In this document: positions 44,001 through 55,308 of the stretch, piece by piece
Layout: the number at the start of each line of letters is the position of its first letter
Numbering within the stretch: the stretch's first letter is position 1
Origin: Prasinococcaceae sp. CCMP 1430
Lineage: Eukaryota; Plantae; Prasinodermophyta
Assembly (NCBI GenBank): GCA_013416795.1
Contig: RQSC01000027.1
Span: 702,585 to 766,584 of the forward strand
Reading direction: 5' to 3'
DNA: 64,000 bases
Notes under the pieces: generated by a model
Told to the model about the DNA's origin: nothing
The model's input: only the letters and a program-made list of their open reading frames with translations
The model's database searches: none
Position numbers and translations under genes: made by a program

Positions 44001-47000
44001 CGGTGTGCGCCGGGCGCGCTTCGGGCAGCACGAGGTCACGCAACGAGAGCTCGGCGGTGGTCTCACTGCACAGCCACTCGTCGCTGAGCGCGCGCACGTA
44101 GTATTGCGGCGGGAGCGGCTCGAACATCGGGATGGTGAAGGCGATCACGTGTGGACACGCGACCGCGCGCGTCTCCTTCTTGGTGAGCGTGAACATCTCG
44201 CTGTGGTAAATGTGTTCGCTGTTCTGGTCCTCGACCCAGATGTGCCAACGCAACGAGTTCCCGTGCACCCGCTCGTTCCACACAAACTCTGGCCAGATCG
44301 AGAGCTTCACCTGCAAGACCGTCCGGGTGAGCGGCGACGCGGTCACCTCAAGCGCAAGCGCGGGGAAGCTGTCGAGCACCTTGCGCACGTGCGCGCCCTG
44401 CGAAGGGTGACGCACGATCTCGCCAAGCTCGCCCTCGTCGCACTCGAGCAGCCTCTCCATGGAGCGCGTGTGCTGCTCGAGCTTGTAGAGCGTGTCCTCC
44501 TTGAGGAGGACGTCCATCTGGCGCAGGGGTAGCTGGTGAGGCCACACGCGCCGCTGCGCCGCCGTGGCCAGACACAGTGTAGTGTACGCCAGCCCCGGGG
44601 AGCCGCGACGCAGCGCGAGCTCGAAGAGCGCGCGCAGTATGCGCTCGAGGTTCGAGGCCACGTAGTTCCCGTCCGACGTCAGCGAGAAGCTCGATAGGCG
44701 CGATCGTGAGACGTACGCCTGAATGAGACAGTTGACCTTGCCCGTGCGCGTGCAGACGCCACCCGAGCGCAGCGAGTGCGGCACGGCGTTGGACGCCGCC
44801 AGCCTCTCCAGCTCCACCATCTCCTCCTCGCGCACCGCCACCTGCTCGAACTCGGTGCTCTGCGCGATCATGTCGAGCACCTCCCCCTCAGACATGTGGG
44901 GTTTGAGTATCTCGTTGAAGCGCTCGATCGTGGCAGCGCGTATGTAGAAGTGCGAGGCGACACGCCCCTGCTCCGTCTGATACAGGTTGCCGCTGCGCGA
45001 GTCGTACCGCACCATCCTCGCGCGGTCGAGCTGGCGCGCGGCCTCGCACACGAGCTCACGCCGCCGACTGGTGAGCCCAGGATCGTCCTGAGCATCCTCC
45101 CAGCGCATGCCGTAGTGAAGCGGGTTCGAGCGCATGCGCACGTGCAGGTAAGAGTATCCCAGCCAGCGCACGGCCTCGCTCACGTTGGTCACCGTGCCCA
45201 GCACCACCTCGGCGTTGAGGTTATCCACCATGCCGTCTATGAACGCGCTCTCGATTGGCGAGGCGTGGGCCATCATTTGAAGGTAGTGCGGCAGCTTGTC
45301 CTGGGTGGTGATTATGATGCCCTCGCCACTCGTGTCGAACTGCGGGCGGCCAGCGCGCCCGAAGATCTGCTGTACGTCGAGCATGCCCAGATCGACGAAG
45401 CCACCCTTGTCGGGGGCGTAGAGCGACGTCCCCTTGATGACAACCGTGTGTGCGGGCAGGTTGACACCCCACGCGAGCGTGGCCGTGCAGCACAGCACAC
45501 GAGTGAAGCCCGCGGCGAAGAGGCGCTCGCTGAGCGTGCGGTCGGGACGCAGCATACCAGCGTGGTGCACACCGAATCCTCGGAGCGCCAGCTCGGACAT
45601 CTCGCCGTTGCGCGACTTGCCCAGGTCCTTCTTGTAGAGCGCGCACTGAGGGTGGTCGCGCGCGTCGGGGTCAAAGAGCTCGATGTCGCCGTTCACCTGG
45701 GCCATCTCGAGCAGCGCGCGCGCCGTCTTGGCCGTCTCCTTGCGCGAGTGGACGAAAATCATGGCCTGCTTGTCATTCCGCAGCGCCTCCACCACCTTGG
45801 TGTACGCAATGGCATTCATATCAGCCTTCTGCTTGTGGATGTTCTTCTCCATCACACCAATGTACTGCTGTTCCAGCGGGATGGGTCGGTAGCCTGGCCC
45901 GAAGTGGAAGAGCCCGGTATCGTGGTTGACGCCGAGGAAGGTGGCAACGTCGCGGTAGTTAGGCAGCGTGGCCGATAGCCCCACGATGCGGATCATCGAC
46001 TGCGACACCTCCACCTGCCGCAGGGTGCGCGACACGAGTGCCTCGATGACGGCGCCGCGCTCGTCAGCCAGCAGGTGCACCTCATCGATGATGAGCAGCC
46101 GCACGAGCCCCGCCAGCGCCTGGTCTGTGGGCTTGCGCGTGATGACGTCCCACTTCTCTGGCGTCGTGATAATCATCTGCGTCTCCTCGAGCTCGCGCTT
46201 TGTGAGCGACATGTCGCCTGTGAGCTCGCGCACGTACAGCCCCAGCGGCTCGAGGCGACGCTGAAACGCGGCGGCCATCTCGGCAGCGAGCGCCTTCATT
46301 GGCGCCACGTAGACGATCTTGAAGTCATCCAGGTCGACGGTGGCCCCCGAGCCGTCCTCCGCCTCGACGACGTGCCTGCCGATCTCACGCAGCACGGTGA
46401 TCATGGCGATGTTGGTCTTGCCGGCGCCGGTTGGCGCACACACAAGCAGATTCTCGTTTGAGCCAAAGCCCGTGGGGTAAATGCGGCTCTGTATACGATT
46501 GAGCGACTCATAGCCCTTGAAGGCGAGCTGCGCCCATCGAGGCAATGTGCTGATGGGCACGAATTCCTCGTCCGGCAGCGAGGACGCCGTGGGGGCGGCG
46601 GGCACGCGCACCTCCTCATACTTTGGCGACTTTTCGGCATACACTGTGCGCGTGGTGCCCTTAGGCAGGGCGCTCCTCATCCAGTCGGCGGTGTCCACCG
46701 AGCCGATGGCCAGTCTGTCATCGCGCATGGCGCTGCCAGCCCCCGTGGCCTGCACCGCCGCCGCTCGGGCGCCCGCGAGCGAGGTCTCCGCGGCGAGCAG
46801 CATCTCGAAGCCGCCCGGCTCCGCCAGTAGCAGCTCAACTTGCGCGGTACCCGCCGCGAGCCCGCGCCGCGCCGCGCGCTTGGCTTCCTTGCGACGTGCC
46901 TTTGCGGCCGCCTTCGCGCGCTCCGTCTGCACGCTCACACCAGTCCCATGCGTGCCGAACGTGCGCTGCTCGCCGGCGCCGTCGTTGCCTCCCACCTCCA

Positions 47001-47928
47001 CCGCCGCGGAGGCCGCCGCCCTTGAGACGTCCCCACGATGCGCGAGCAGCTCGGTAATGGCCTCCAGCGCGCCCTCACCCAGCAGGTCGAAGACCGCGGC
47101 AGCCGCCTCGTCGTCCGAAACGCCTGACAGCAGCGCGCGGCATAGCGCAGCGGCGACCTCCTCGTCAGATCCGAACGCCGACGCGCCGCCCAGAGAGCGC
47201 GCTGCCGAGCACACCGTCACCAGCCAGCGCAGGCCGTACGTGCCGTCGCCCGAGCTTCCAACGCCACTGCCACTCGAGCCTATGGGTCCTGCGCTGCTGC
47301 CTGCGCCGTCGGCGCCCACGCTGCCGCCGCCAAGCGTGCCTAGCCGCGCGGCCTCCACGGCCTGTTCGTCGGCAGCCGCCTCGAGCGCAGCGCCGAGCGC
47401 GTCGCCCCCCGCAGCAAAAGCCTGCGCACTGGCTGCACCGCCGCCCAGCGAACGCGCGCCAAGGCCGGTGAACCACCACGCGCCGCCCCCGCCGCCATCG
47501 CTCGCCGCGCTCGGCGTCTCAAATGGAAGCGCCATGCCAAACTCTTGGAGCGAGCCAGCGGCTGCAGCGGCAACGGCGGCGTCTGTGTCGGCTGCGACCG
47601 CGGGCGCTCGCGCCTCGGCATCCCAGCCCGCGCGCTTCGCTGCGTTGGTTGCCCATGCCTTGAGTTTCACCGCGGCCTTGGCGGCTGCGACCACAGCGGC
47701 CGCGTCTGCGCCGTGCCCGATCGCAGCCTTGACTTCAGCTGGCGTTGGTGCGCGCGGCCGGTGTGCGCACAGGGGCTCATACAGCGTGTCGGCAAGCTCG
47801 GCGAGCGCCTCACCGACGAAAGCCTCTCCGTCGTCGGCGAGGTCTACGAGCGCTGCCACGTACGCCGCGTAGGCCGCGCGCATCCTCGAGTCTGACGCGT
47901 ACGCGTCCGGCCCCACCAGCCGCGCCAT
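41031..47928 (-). CDS. ASCC3: ASCC3/Slh1-type tandem Ski2-like helicase (2x DExH + Sec63); intron 43267-43135
   Basis: CAPTGAGKT and GAPTGSGKT, two DEVH motifs, TLAWGVNLPAH twice, GRAGRPQFD twice, Sec63 domains. The splice restores FYCPRMATMNKP. Confidence 0.92.
41076..41126 (-). repeat. Six copies of a 9-bp unit encoding DYDDYDDYGDYGDYDDY at the ASCC3 C-terminus
   Basis: GTAGTCGYC units read directly on the + strand. Confidence 0.85.
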
Positions 47929-48065
47929 CAGCGCAGGCGCGCCGCCGCGGCCTGCGCGGCCACCCCCGGCCGCGCAAGTTGTGCCGCCGCCGAGCGCGCG
48001 CGCCGCGCGACGTGGCAACGCTTCCCGCGGCCGCAGCGGCGGCTGCGCCTGCAGCGCGGCGGTGC

Positions 48066-48090
48066 GGGTTTAGGGTTTCTTACTTAGGGT
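48066..48090. promoter_or_regulatory. Telomere-like GGGTTTAGGGTTT plus TTAGGGT upstream of ASCC3
   Basis: Near two-unit plant-type TTTAGGG repeat in the short SEC31-ASCC3 spacer. Confidence 0.55.
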
Positions 48091-48130
48091 CCAATTTTCC
48101 AATTTTTATATTGAGGTTTGTTGGGTGGCA

Positions 48131-49083
48131 TCAGCCCATGGCGGAGCGCGCCTTGAGCAGGCGCTTGAGCGCCGTGAGCCACTGCGAGCACTCGTCCCAG
48201 TCGGACGTGGTGAGCTGCACCTGGAGGCGCGAGGCGCCGGCGACGTCGCCCGCGGAGAGGGCCGCGCACAGCTTGGTGAGCTTGGCGGCGACACCCGGCG
48301 AGATCTCGCCCTCGTTGAGCTTCCACAGCAGCCCGCCAAGGCGCTTCGAATTGTCGTCCATCTCGCGCTTCTTGGCCGGTGGCGCGGCTGCAGCAACAGA
48401 CTCAAAGAGCATCTTGAGCGCACTGACGACCGGGGCGAGCTCGGCCGACACCTGAGAGACGTCTGCGGAACCCACCGAGATGTTGGCCGGCGGCTGCACG
48501 CGCTTGGGCGCCACCGCGGCGCGGCCATCACCGTGCGGGTCGGTGTGCGTTTGCACAGGCGCCGGCGCCGCCGGCGCTGCGGGTGCGCCTACGGGGGCTG
48601 GGGCGCCCGGCACGAATGGCGCGGGTGCAGGCGCGGGGGCGGCAGGTGTCGGCGCGGCTGCAGGCACGAAAGGAGCAGGGGCCGCGGGCGCTGCGGGAGC
48701 AGCCGCGGGCGAGTACGGCCTGGGTGCCGCAGGAGCGGGGGCAGGTGCCGACACGGGCGCATAGGCAGCGGGCTTGGCGGGGGCGGGGGCGGCAACTGGC
48801 GAGTACGGAGCAGGAGGGGCGGCGGCGACGGGAGCAGGTGCAGTGGCGGGCACGTACGGCGCCGGCGCTGCCGGCGCAGCAGGAGCCGCTGCCGGCGTGA
48901 AAGCAGCCGGGTTGTACGGCGCCGGTGCCACGGGCGCCGATGCCACAGGCGCGGGGGTCGCATGCATGTACGACTGCGCCGCTGCGGCCGGGTTGTACGG
49001 CGCCGCTGCAGCAGGGACGGGAACAAAAGGCTTCGGCGCGGCCGCCTGCGCCTTCGCCGGTGCTTGATACGCTCCCCCATATG

Positions 49084-49119
<36 letters not shown>

Positions 49120-49169
49120 CGCCGTAGTGTGAATAGGCGTGCTGCTGCCCGCCATAGTGTGAGTAGGTC

Positions 49170-49204
<35 letters not shown>

Positions 49205-51700
49205 CTGCGGTGACGGCACCGCAACCGCCTCGCTCACCTGTTTCGCCTGGAATGGGAAGGCTGGCGCGGCACCCTCCGCAGCATCACCGAGCGACCGGTA
49301 TACGCGGTCGCGCAAGATAGACGCTGAACCGGGAGCTTCCTCGCCTGGCACCATGGCCAAAACGTCGCTCGCGGCGCTCAGCGCACCTTGCGCTGCCAGG
49401 AGGTCAGCGTACGCTGCAAGCAGCGTGGCGAAGGCGTCGCCGGGGGTCGCAGAGCTGCTGGCCTCGGTCGCCAGCTTGAGCAACACAGCCTTCTCCACGA
49501 CATCTTGAAGAGGGCCCACGGCTGCCGGCCCCGAGGGGATGACCCCAGCCCACACGCGCACAGCCTCGTCGACGGCACCAGCACACACGTAGCACAGGCT
49601 CGCGCCATGGGTGTTGCCACTAGTTGCCAGCCGCCCGGCGAGCTCAATGCACAGAGGGCCCCACTCGCCGCTGGGCGCATACGTGCACAACAGCGCAAGC
49701 GTCTCTTGCCAACCCGACACAGGGCGCGTCTCGACCAGCCCCCTGAGATCCTTGTCCACGATGGCCTTTGCCACGTGCATGAAGGTGCGCGGCCGAACCT
49801 TCATGTACGTCTTCTGCGTCTTGGCCCACAGGTCGGGGCCACCGATTGCAGCGAGCACCAGCGCATCGGCGAAGCGCTCGGCGGACATGCACTCGGCAAC
49901 GGCACTCGCGTAGTCTCCCACCACTAGCGCACGCTCAACTGCGGCATCGTGCGCGTCCGCCGGCGGCGCGGGCACTGCGACCGGCGCCGAAGGCGCCACG
50001 GGCTTTGAGGGCGCCGCCGCAGGCGCGGGCGGAACCACCGGATCGGCGGCAGGTGCGTCGCCGAGGTTGTCAAAGAAACCCTCACCAGTGTCGCCACCGA
50101 CGACGGGGAGTGCCTGCACACCAGCATTGAGCGCCTCGACGCCAGCGGTGACTGCCTCCACGGCCGAAGCCTCGTGACTTTCCTGGGGCTCGGGCTCCTC
50201 GGGCTTGGGCAACTCGAAATTGAGCGCTGTGAGCAGGTCGCGGCGCGCGTCGTCGCGGAAGAGCACACCGAGGAACTTCCAGGTCTCGGCATCATCAGCG
50301 CAGCCGCTCGAAGCGCATGCTGCAGCGCGCTCCTGGCACAGTGAGGCCATGGACTCACGATCACGCCCCTTGACGGCATCGCGGAAAGTCGCTGAGCGCG
50401 CCACGAGCTGCTCCTCGAGTGCGACGGCACCAACCTTGACGGTGGTCGGCTGCGGCTTCTCGCCTTTGGCCTTATCGCACGTGCCGAACGTCACAAGGCG
50501 GCCGCCGAAGCCGAAGGTCGCACCCACGGGCCGCTTGAGCCATGCAGGAGCCTTGGCGAGCGAGAACGCCGACTTGGGCGCTGAGTCACTGGCGGGAGTC
50601 GCGAGCGGCTCGGCGGCAATGCCGAACGAGTCGAGCACCGAGTTGGTCGCCGCGGTGGCGCCCGCGGCCGAGACGGCAGTGTCCTGAACGGCGTTGAAAA
50701 TGTTCACACGCGAGTCGTAGCTGGACGTGCTGATCACGCCGGGCGTCACCTTGCTCCACTGCAGGTCGAAGTTCCAATTTGAACCAGCGGGCAGCTCGCA
50801 CATGATCTCGCCGGTGCCGACGTCCCAGATGATGGTGCGGTTGTCCTTGCCGGAGGAGGCCAGGAGGCTTGGATCCGAGGGGCACCAGGCCACCGAAAGG
50901 ACGCCCTTGGTGTGCCCGGTGAGCTCCTTGACGGGCGAGATCGAGTTGCGCAGATCCCACACCTGCAGAGTGGGTGTCGCGTCGTTGTCCGAAGCGACGA
51001 CAAGCTGAGTGGCGAGCTCGGGATTCCACTGCAGCGCCGAGCAGCGGCGCGCCGCGCCAGCGTCGGCCAGCTTGATCACAGGCATCTGCTTGTGCAGATC
51101 CCACACGACGGTCGTTCCGCCGGCCGTGCAGCTCGCGAGGATGTGCTGAACGCGCGGGTTCCACGCGAGCGACGTTATGTCGGCCCCCACTCCGCCATTG
51201 CCGGTCGCGCCCTGCAGCGCGGGGTAGAGCTGCGGTGCGGTCGGCTGCTCGAGGTTCCAGATGCGTAGCTCTCCGTCCGAGGCGCCGGAGGCGAGCAGGT
51301 GCGGGCTGAACGTGTTGAACTCCAGACCCTTGACCGCACCGACATGCTTGGGCGCGAGCCGCGCGATCGTTGCGTCGGCGCCGGCGCCTGCGACGATCTT
51401 CGCAGGGTCATACAGGTCGACCGAGCCGTCCTCGAGGCCACCCGCGATGATGCCCATGGGATAGCTGCCACTCTCTACGCCCGTAGTTCCCCATGCTACG
51501 CGGTTGAACTTCTCCGCCACCGTCACCGTGCCGCGCACCGGCAGCGGCTCGTCGGCGCTCGCGAACTCGAGGCCGACCACGTCGAGGCTCGCCGACGTCG
51601 AGAACGACGCGTCGATCGCGCCGGCCATCGTGCCGGCGGCGAGCATGCGCTGCGTGGGCGAGAACGCGCACGTCGCGCATCGATCCATGGTGAGGACCAT
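48131..51700 (-). CDS. SEC31: COPII coat protein Sec31 (WD40, alpha-solenoid, Pro-rich linker, C-terminal domain); a small upstream exon is possible
   Basis: LAAGTMAGAIDASFSTSASL, WDLRNSISP, APAWLKRPVGATFGFGGRLV, WQETLALLCTY, KKREMDDNSKRLG, WLTALKRLL. Confidence 0.95.
49084..49207 (-). repeat. Two CAG poly-Gln tracts flanking duplicated YSHYGGQQ in the Sec31 linker
   Basis: (CTG)n runs on the + strand read directly. Confidence 0.85.
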
Positions 51701-52246
51701 CCTGTCAGCAGCGCGCGCGCCGCGCTGCCCTTGGGGGTTGCCCGACGAGGGAGAGGGGGGGGGGCGCGCGCCGCGCGCGCGCAGTGGTGGCTTCTTCCTT
51801 CTCAACAGCCAGACCTAACACACACAACCCACCTCGCACCTCTGCACCAGCAAAAACAAAACAAAAAAAAGGGCCTCGCGGAGGCCATCAAAACGCACCC
51901 CGCCGCGAACGCACGAGTGGAGGCGCGCGCAGCGTGCATGCATGCGCGCGCCCTGATCGGTGGCAAGGCGGGAACGCACCGCCGCAGCGCCCGCCGTGGA
52001 ATCCACACACAATGGAATCCTTACATTCATAATAAACATCGTGAACGCACAGTGGATTCGCTCAATGGTGGGTGGAAGTTGCGGGGTCCGCCCTGCGGGT
52101 GCGCTCTGATGTCTGATCTGAGTCGAGACAAAAACGTTTTGGGGCGCATTTTCTGTCGAAAAGAAAAAAAAGAAAAAGGAGGCGGTCTGGCGCGGGGGGG
52201 CACGGGGGCGCGGTGCGCCACAGTGGCGCTCGCTGTCCTCTCCTCC

Positions 52247-52247
<1 letters not shown>

Positions 52248-52297
<50 letters not shown>
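52248..52297. repeat. 50-nt poly-C/poly-G homopolymer in the SEC31/TMEM230 divergent spacer
   Basis: Read directly; the length may be an assembly or sequencing artefact. Confidence 0.7.
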
Positions 52298-52468
52298 ATG
52301 GAGGCCTGCGAGTCCTTCTTGCCCTTCTTCTTGTCCTTCTTCCCCCCCCCCCTTTTGCACGCACACACGCTTCTTCCTCCGCCCCAAACGCACTCACGCA
52401 AGTCTTCGGCTGCGAGCGCAGCGCACACGCGGCAAGCTCTTGGCGTCACCCTGCGGGACCCGCGCGCC

Positions 52469-52995
52469 ATGCCGCGCGCGGGCTCGCGCGCGTACACGCG
52501 CCTCAGCAGGGGCCGGGAGTACGACCCGCGCTTCGACGCGGCCATCGCACAATCACATCGCAAACACCCGTGGAAGAAGCTCGCGCTCGCGGCTGGGCTG
52601 CTGCTGGCGGGCATCGCGCTTTTCGCGGTGGCGTACCTTTGCCTGACCAAGCATCTGGGCACGAGCGAGCTGGACGTCAGCCGCGGCTATGGCTTCGCTG
52701 CGCTCGGCGCGCTCGTGTTCATACCGGGCTTCTACCACTCACGGCTCGCATACTATGCTCTCAAGGTGCGACCGCAAACGCTGGCGACTTGGCATGGGGC
52801 CAAGACACGCTGCACAGTAGCGACACATGCTCGTGGGGCTAGGCTCTGTTCCGTGCGCGCGAGCACGTACGGCGCTGCCATCCCTGTCGTGCCTGCGTCG
52901 ACTGACCGGCGTGCCGGCCTCGTTCCGCACTCACACGTGCGGCCTCGCAGGGCTACAAAGGCTTTAGCTTGGACCAGATCCCTGACTACGACTGA
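52469..52995 (+). CDS. TMEM230: Transmembrane protein 230 family; intron 52766-52950
   Basis: PWKKLALAAGLLLAG; LVFIPGFYHSRLAYYALK|GYKGFSLDQIPD. Confidence 0.9.
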
Positions 52996-53094
52996 GCGAG
53001 CCCATCTGCAGCGCGCGGTGACTGGCGCGTGTGACGTCCCCCACTGCCTACTCCCCCCTTCCCCCGGCATTCCCCGAAGAATTAATTAATCACG

Positions 53095-54065
53095 TCACAG
53101 CTCATCTTTGCCCAACGAGCTGCCGCTGTCTGCGCTGCTGGTGCCCGGCGCCGTCGCTCCCTTGGGCGGCTTCAGCTTGGCATCTAGGAAGGCTACCATC
53201 TCGTCTACCTTGAACTTCACGAAGGCGTCCTCGACGACCCTCACCTTGCCTCTTCGCAGCGTGAGCTGTGCAGCATGCGTGTGTGCGCGAGTGTGCGCAC
53301 ACGCGATTGTCAGCTGGGGCCACACGCGCCTTTGCCGGCACGGGTCCTGAGCTTTGCATGCTCGCGCATTTCTAGCGCGAGTAGCGCTGTCAGTCTCTGC
53401 GATCGCACACACCTTCGGCCGCGCGCGATCGACGTGCTTGATGGTGAGCGCGTCGCTAAAGAGCGGGTCTCCAGCGTCCTTTGCCGTCTCGACGCGCTCG
53501 ATGAGCTGCTGGAGCTCAGGGAAGTGAGATACCCATGCTTCATCGAGCTCGAGCGTGGCCTTGTGGAAACGGGCCCCACTGTCGCCACGTTCAGACGCAC
53601 AGCATCGACGACAGTCCGCTACCAACGCCGCCGAAGACTGGACGGATGCACACGCGCCCATGGGCAGACACACGCGCGCGAGCGCGCATTAAAGCCGTGT
53701 TTTGGACGCGCAACGTGGCCATCCACGATGCAGGCGATGTCGTCAGCGCAGTGCACGCAGATGTCGAGGTACACACACATGAGGTGCTTTGCGGATGTGT
53801 GGGCTGGCCGAACATGGCCTGCGAATGAGCGCTGCCGCACCTCGCCAAGGAATGTCTCCATATCGTCGCATGATCCGCACAACAACGATCCCGGCGAGAA
53901 GCCGAGATCCTCGCAGTCCACCTCACCGCTCCCCGCCGCCGCCTCTGCCGCCGCTACAAAGCTGCTGCCGCCGCAACATACGAGCGCTGCCGCGGCTGCT
54001 GCGGTCGCTACGGCCGCCAACACCCCGCGTGCGTGCCCCGGCCGGCTGCCGCGTGCGCGGCGCAT
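53095..54065 (-). CDS. SELENOF/Sep15-like ER protein; exons 54065-53841, 53637-53413, 53265-53095; ends in KDEL
   Basis: Signal-like leader; Sep15 Cys-rich domain CEDLGF...LLCGSC...CRRCC; thioredoxin-like ATLEL...FPEL; GKDEL*. All splice sites are GT-AG and in phase. Confidence 0.8.
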
Positions 54066-54432
54066 CGCGCCGCGCACCCCGCAGCGATCGGGCGCCAATG
54101 GAGCCGCTCTCCTAGCCCTTCTCGCCTCCCCAACACCCGTGTGCCCCGCCTGCGCTGTCTGGCGCGCCCAGGAGAGGCGGCGGGCGGCGGCACGTGCGCG
54201 TCGCACGCTCTGTCTCGACCTTCCCCCACACGCGCAGGTGCGTGCTGGCGCATTCGACCCGAGGTCAAGAAGCTCGCCCGTGGTTAAATGTTACCAATTG
54301 GTACATCCAGATGTGCAGGGTGCGAGCCCGGGCGGCACTCCGTGCCACACGTGGCGCCCGCGGCGCCTCCCTCTCCCGGCCCAGCGGGAAGAGGGGAGGG
54401 GCTGGGGTGGGTTGGGGCCGCGCGGAGGCGCG

Positions 54433-55021
54433 ATGGGCGGCCTGCGCGAACTCGCCAGCCCCGGCGCGCTCGCGCTCACCGCGGGCCTCGGCCTGTACCT
54501 CATGGCGGCCGCCGCCGTCGCCGAGCGTACGTCGCGCGCAAGGGAAAGAGGGGAGGAGGGGCGCTGCCGGCGGCAGCGCTGCGCTCGCGCGGCAGTGCGG
54601 TGGTGAGCGCAGGGAGGTGGATGGAGGGGTGACGGCGAAAGGCTGCTGCTGCGGCGGGCGCTTTGCCGCAACTGTGTGCTTGCGCGCCGTGGGCCGGCGC
54701 TTGCGCTCGCTCCGCTGCCGATGCGCTGGGCGCTTGCAGTGCTGACGCCCTTGCATACACGCAACTCGCTGCCACCCTACAGACCGTGAGCACCATCCGC
54801 ACTTCCAGCCGGGCATGATGCCGCCGCTGAGCGCGTGCGCGTACCTTCTCGCGGGCACTGCTCTGTGCACGTTGGCGGCGATGCGCACGCAGGGGGACTT
54901 TCGCCCCATCAAGACTGACGCGCGCGACAGCGAGGCTGCGGGCAGCTTCTCCGCCGACTTCATGGCCGTCGGTCACCGCGGAGCGGCCGTCAAGTCTGAT
55001 CTCAAGATCCGCGGCATGTGA
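54433..55021 (+). CDS. Small hypothetical protein with hydrophobic N-terminus; intron 54527-54782
   Basis: GTACGT donor and CTACAG acceptor join MGGLRELASPGALALTAGLGLYLMAAAAVAE in phase to HREHHPHFQPGMMPP...KSDLKIRGM*. Confidence 0.55.
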
Positions 55022-55308
55022 GGCATGCGCCCCTTGTGCGCGCGTAATATTGAGCGGTGGCAATGAGGCACGCGCGCGGTGGTACGCTCGAGGCAACGCA
55101 CGCATGTGCGTGCGCGCGCGCGCGGAGAGGAGCTTGCATCGGTGCCGAAGTCGGAGGCGCCCCCACATGCGCCCTGCGCGAGCCTAAGTCGAGGGCGGCC
55201 GGGCGGCCGTGGACCTGAAGCGAACGTATTAAAGGGGGGATTCGCGCTACTAGCCCGATGCACTGGCCGTTCACGTGCGAGCGCAGTTGCCGCGCCGCGG
55301 CCATGCCA

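Noticed and set aside
53095-53700. Selenocysteine readthrough / SECIS in the Sep15-like gene
   Set aside because: There is no in-frame TGA at the active-site position, and the terminal TGA follows a KDEL signal, consistent with a true stop.
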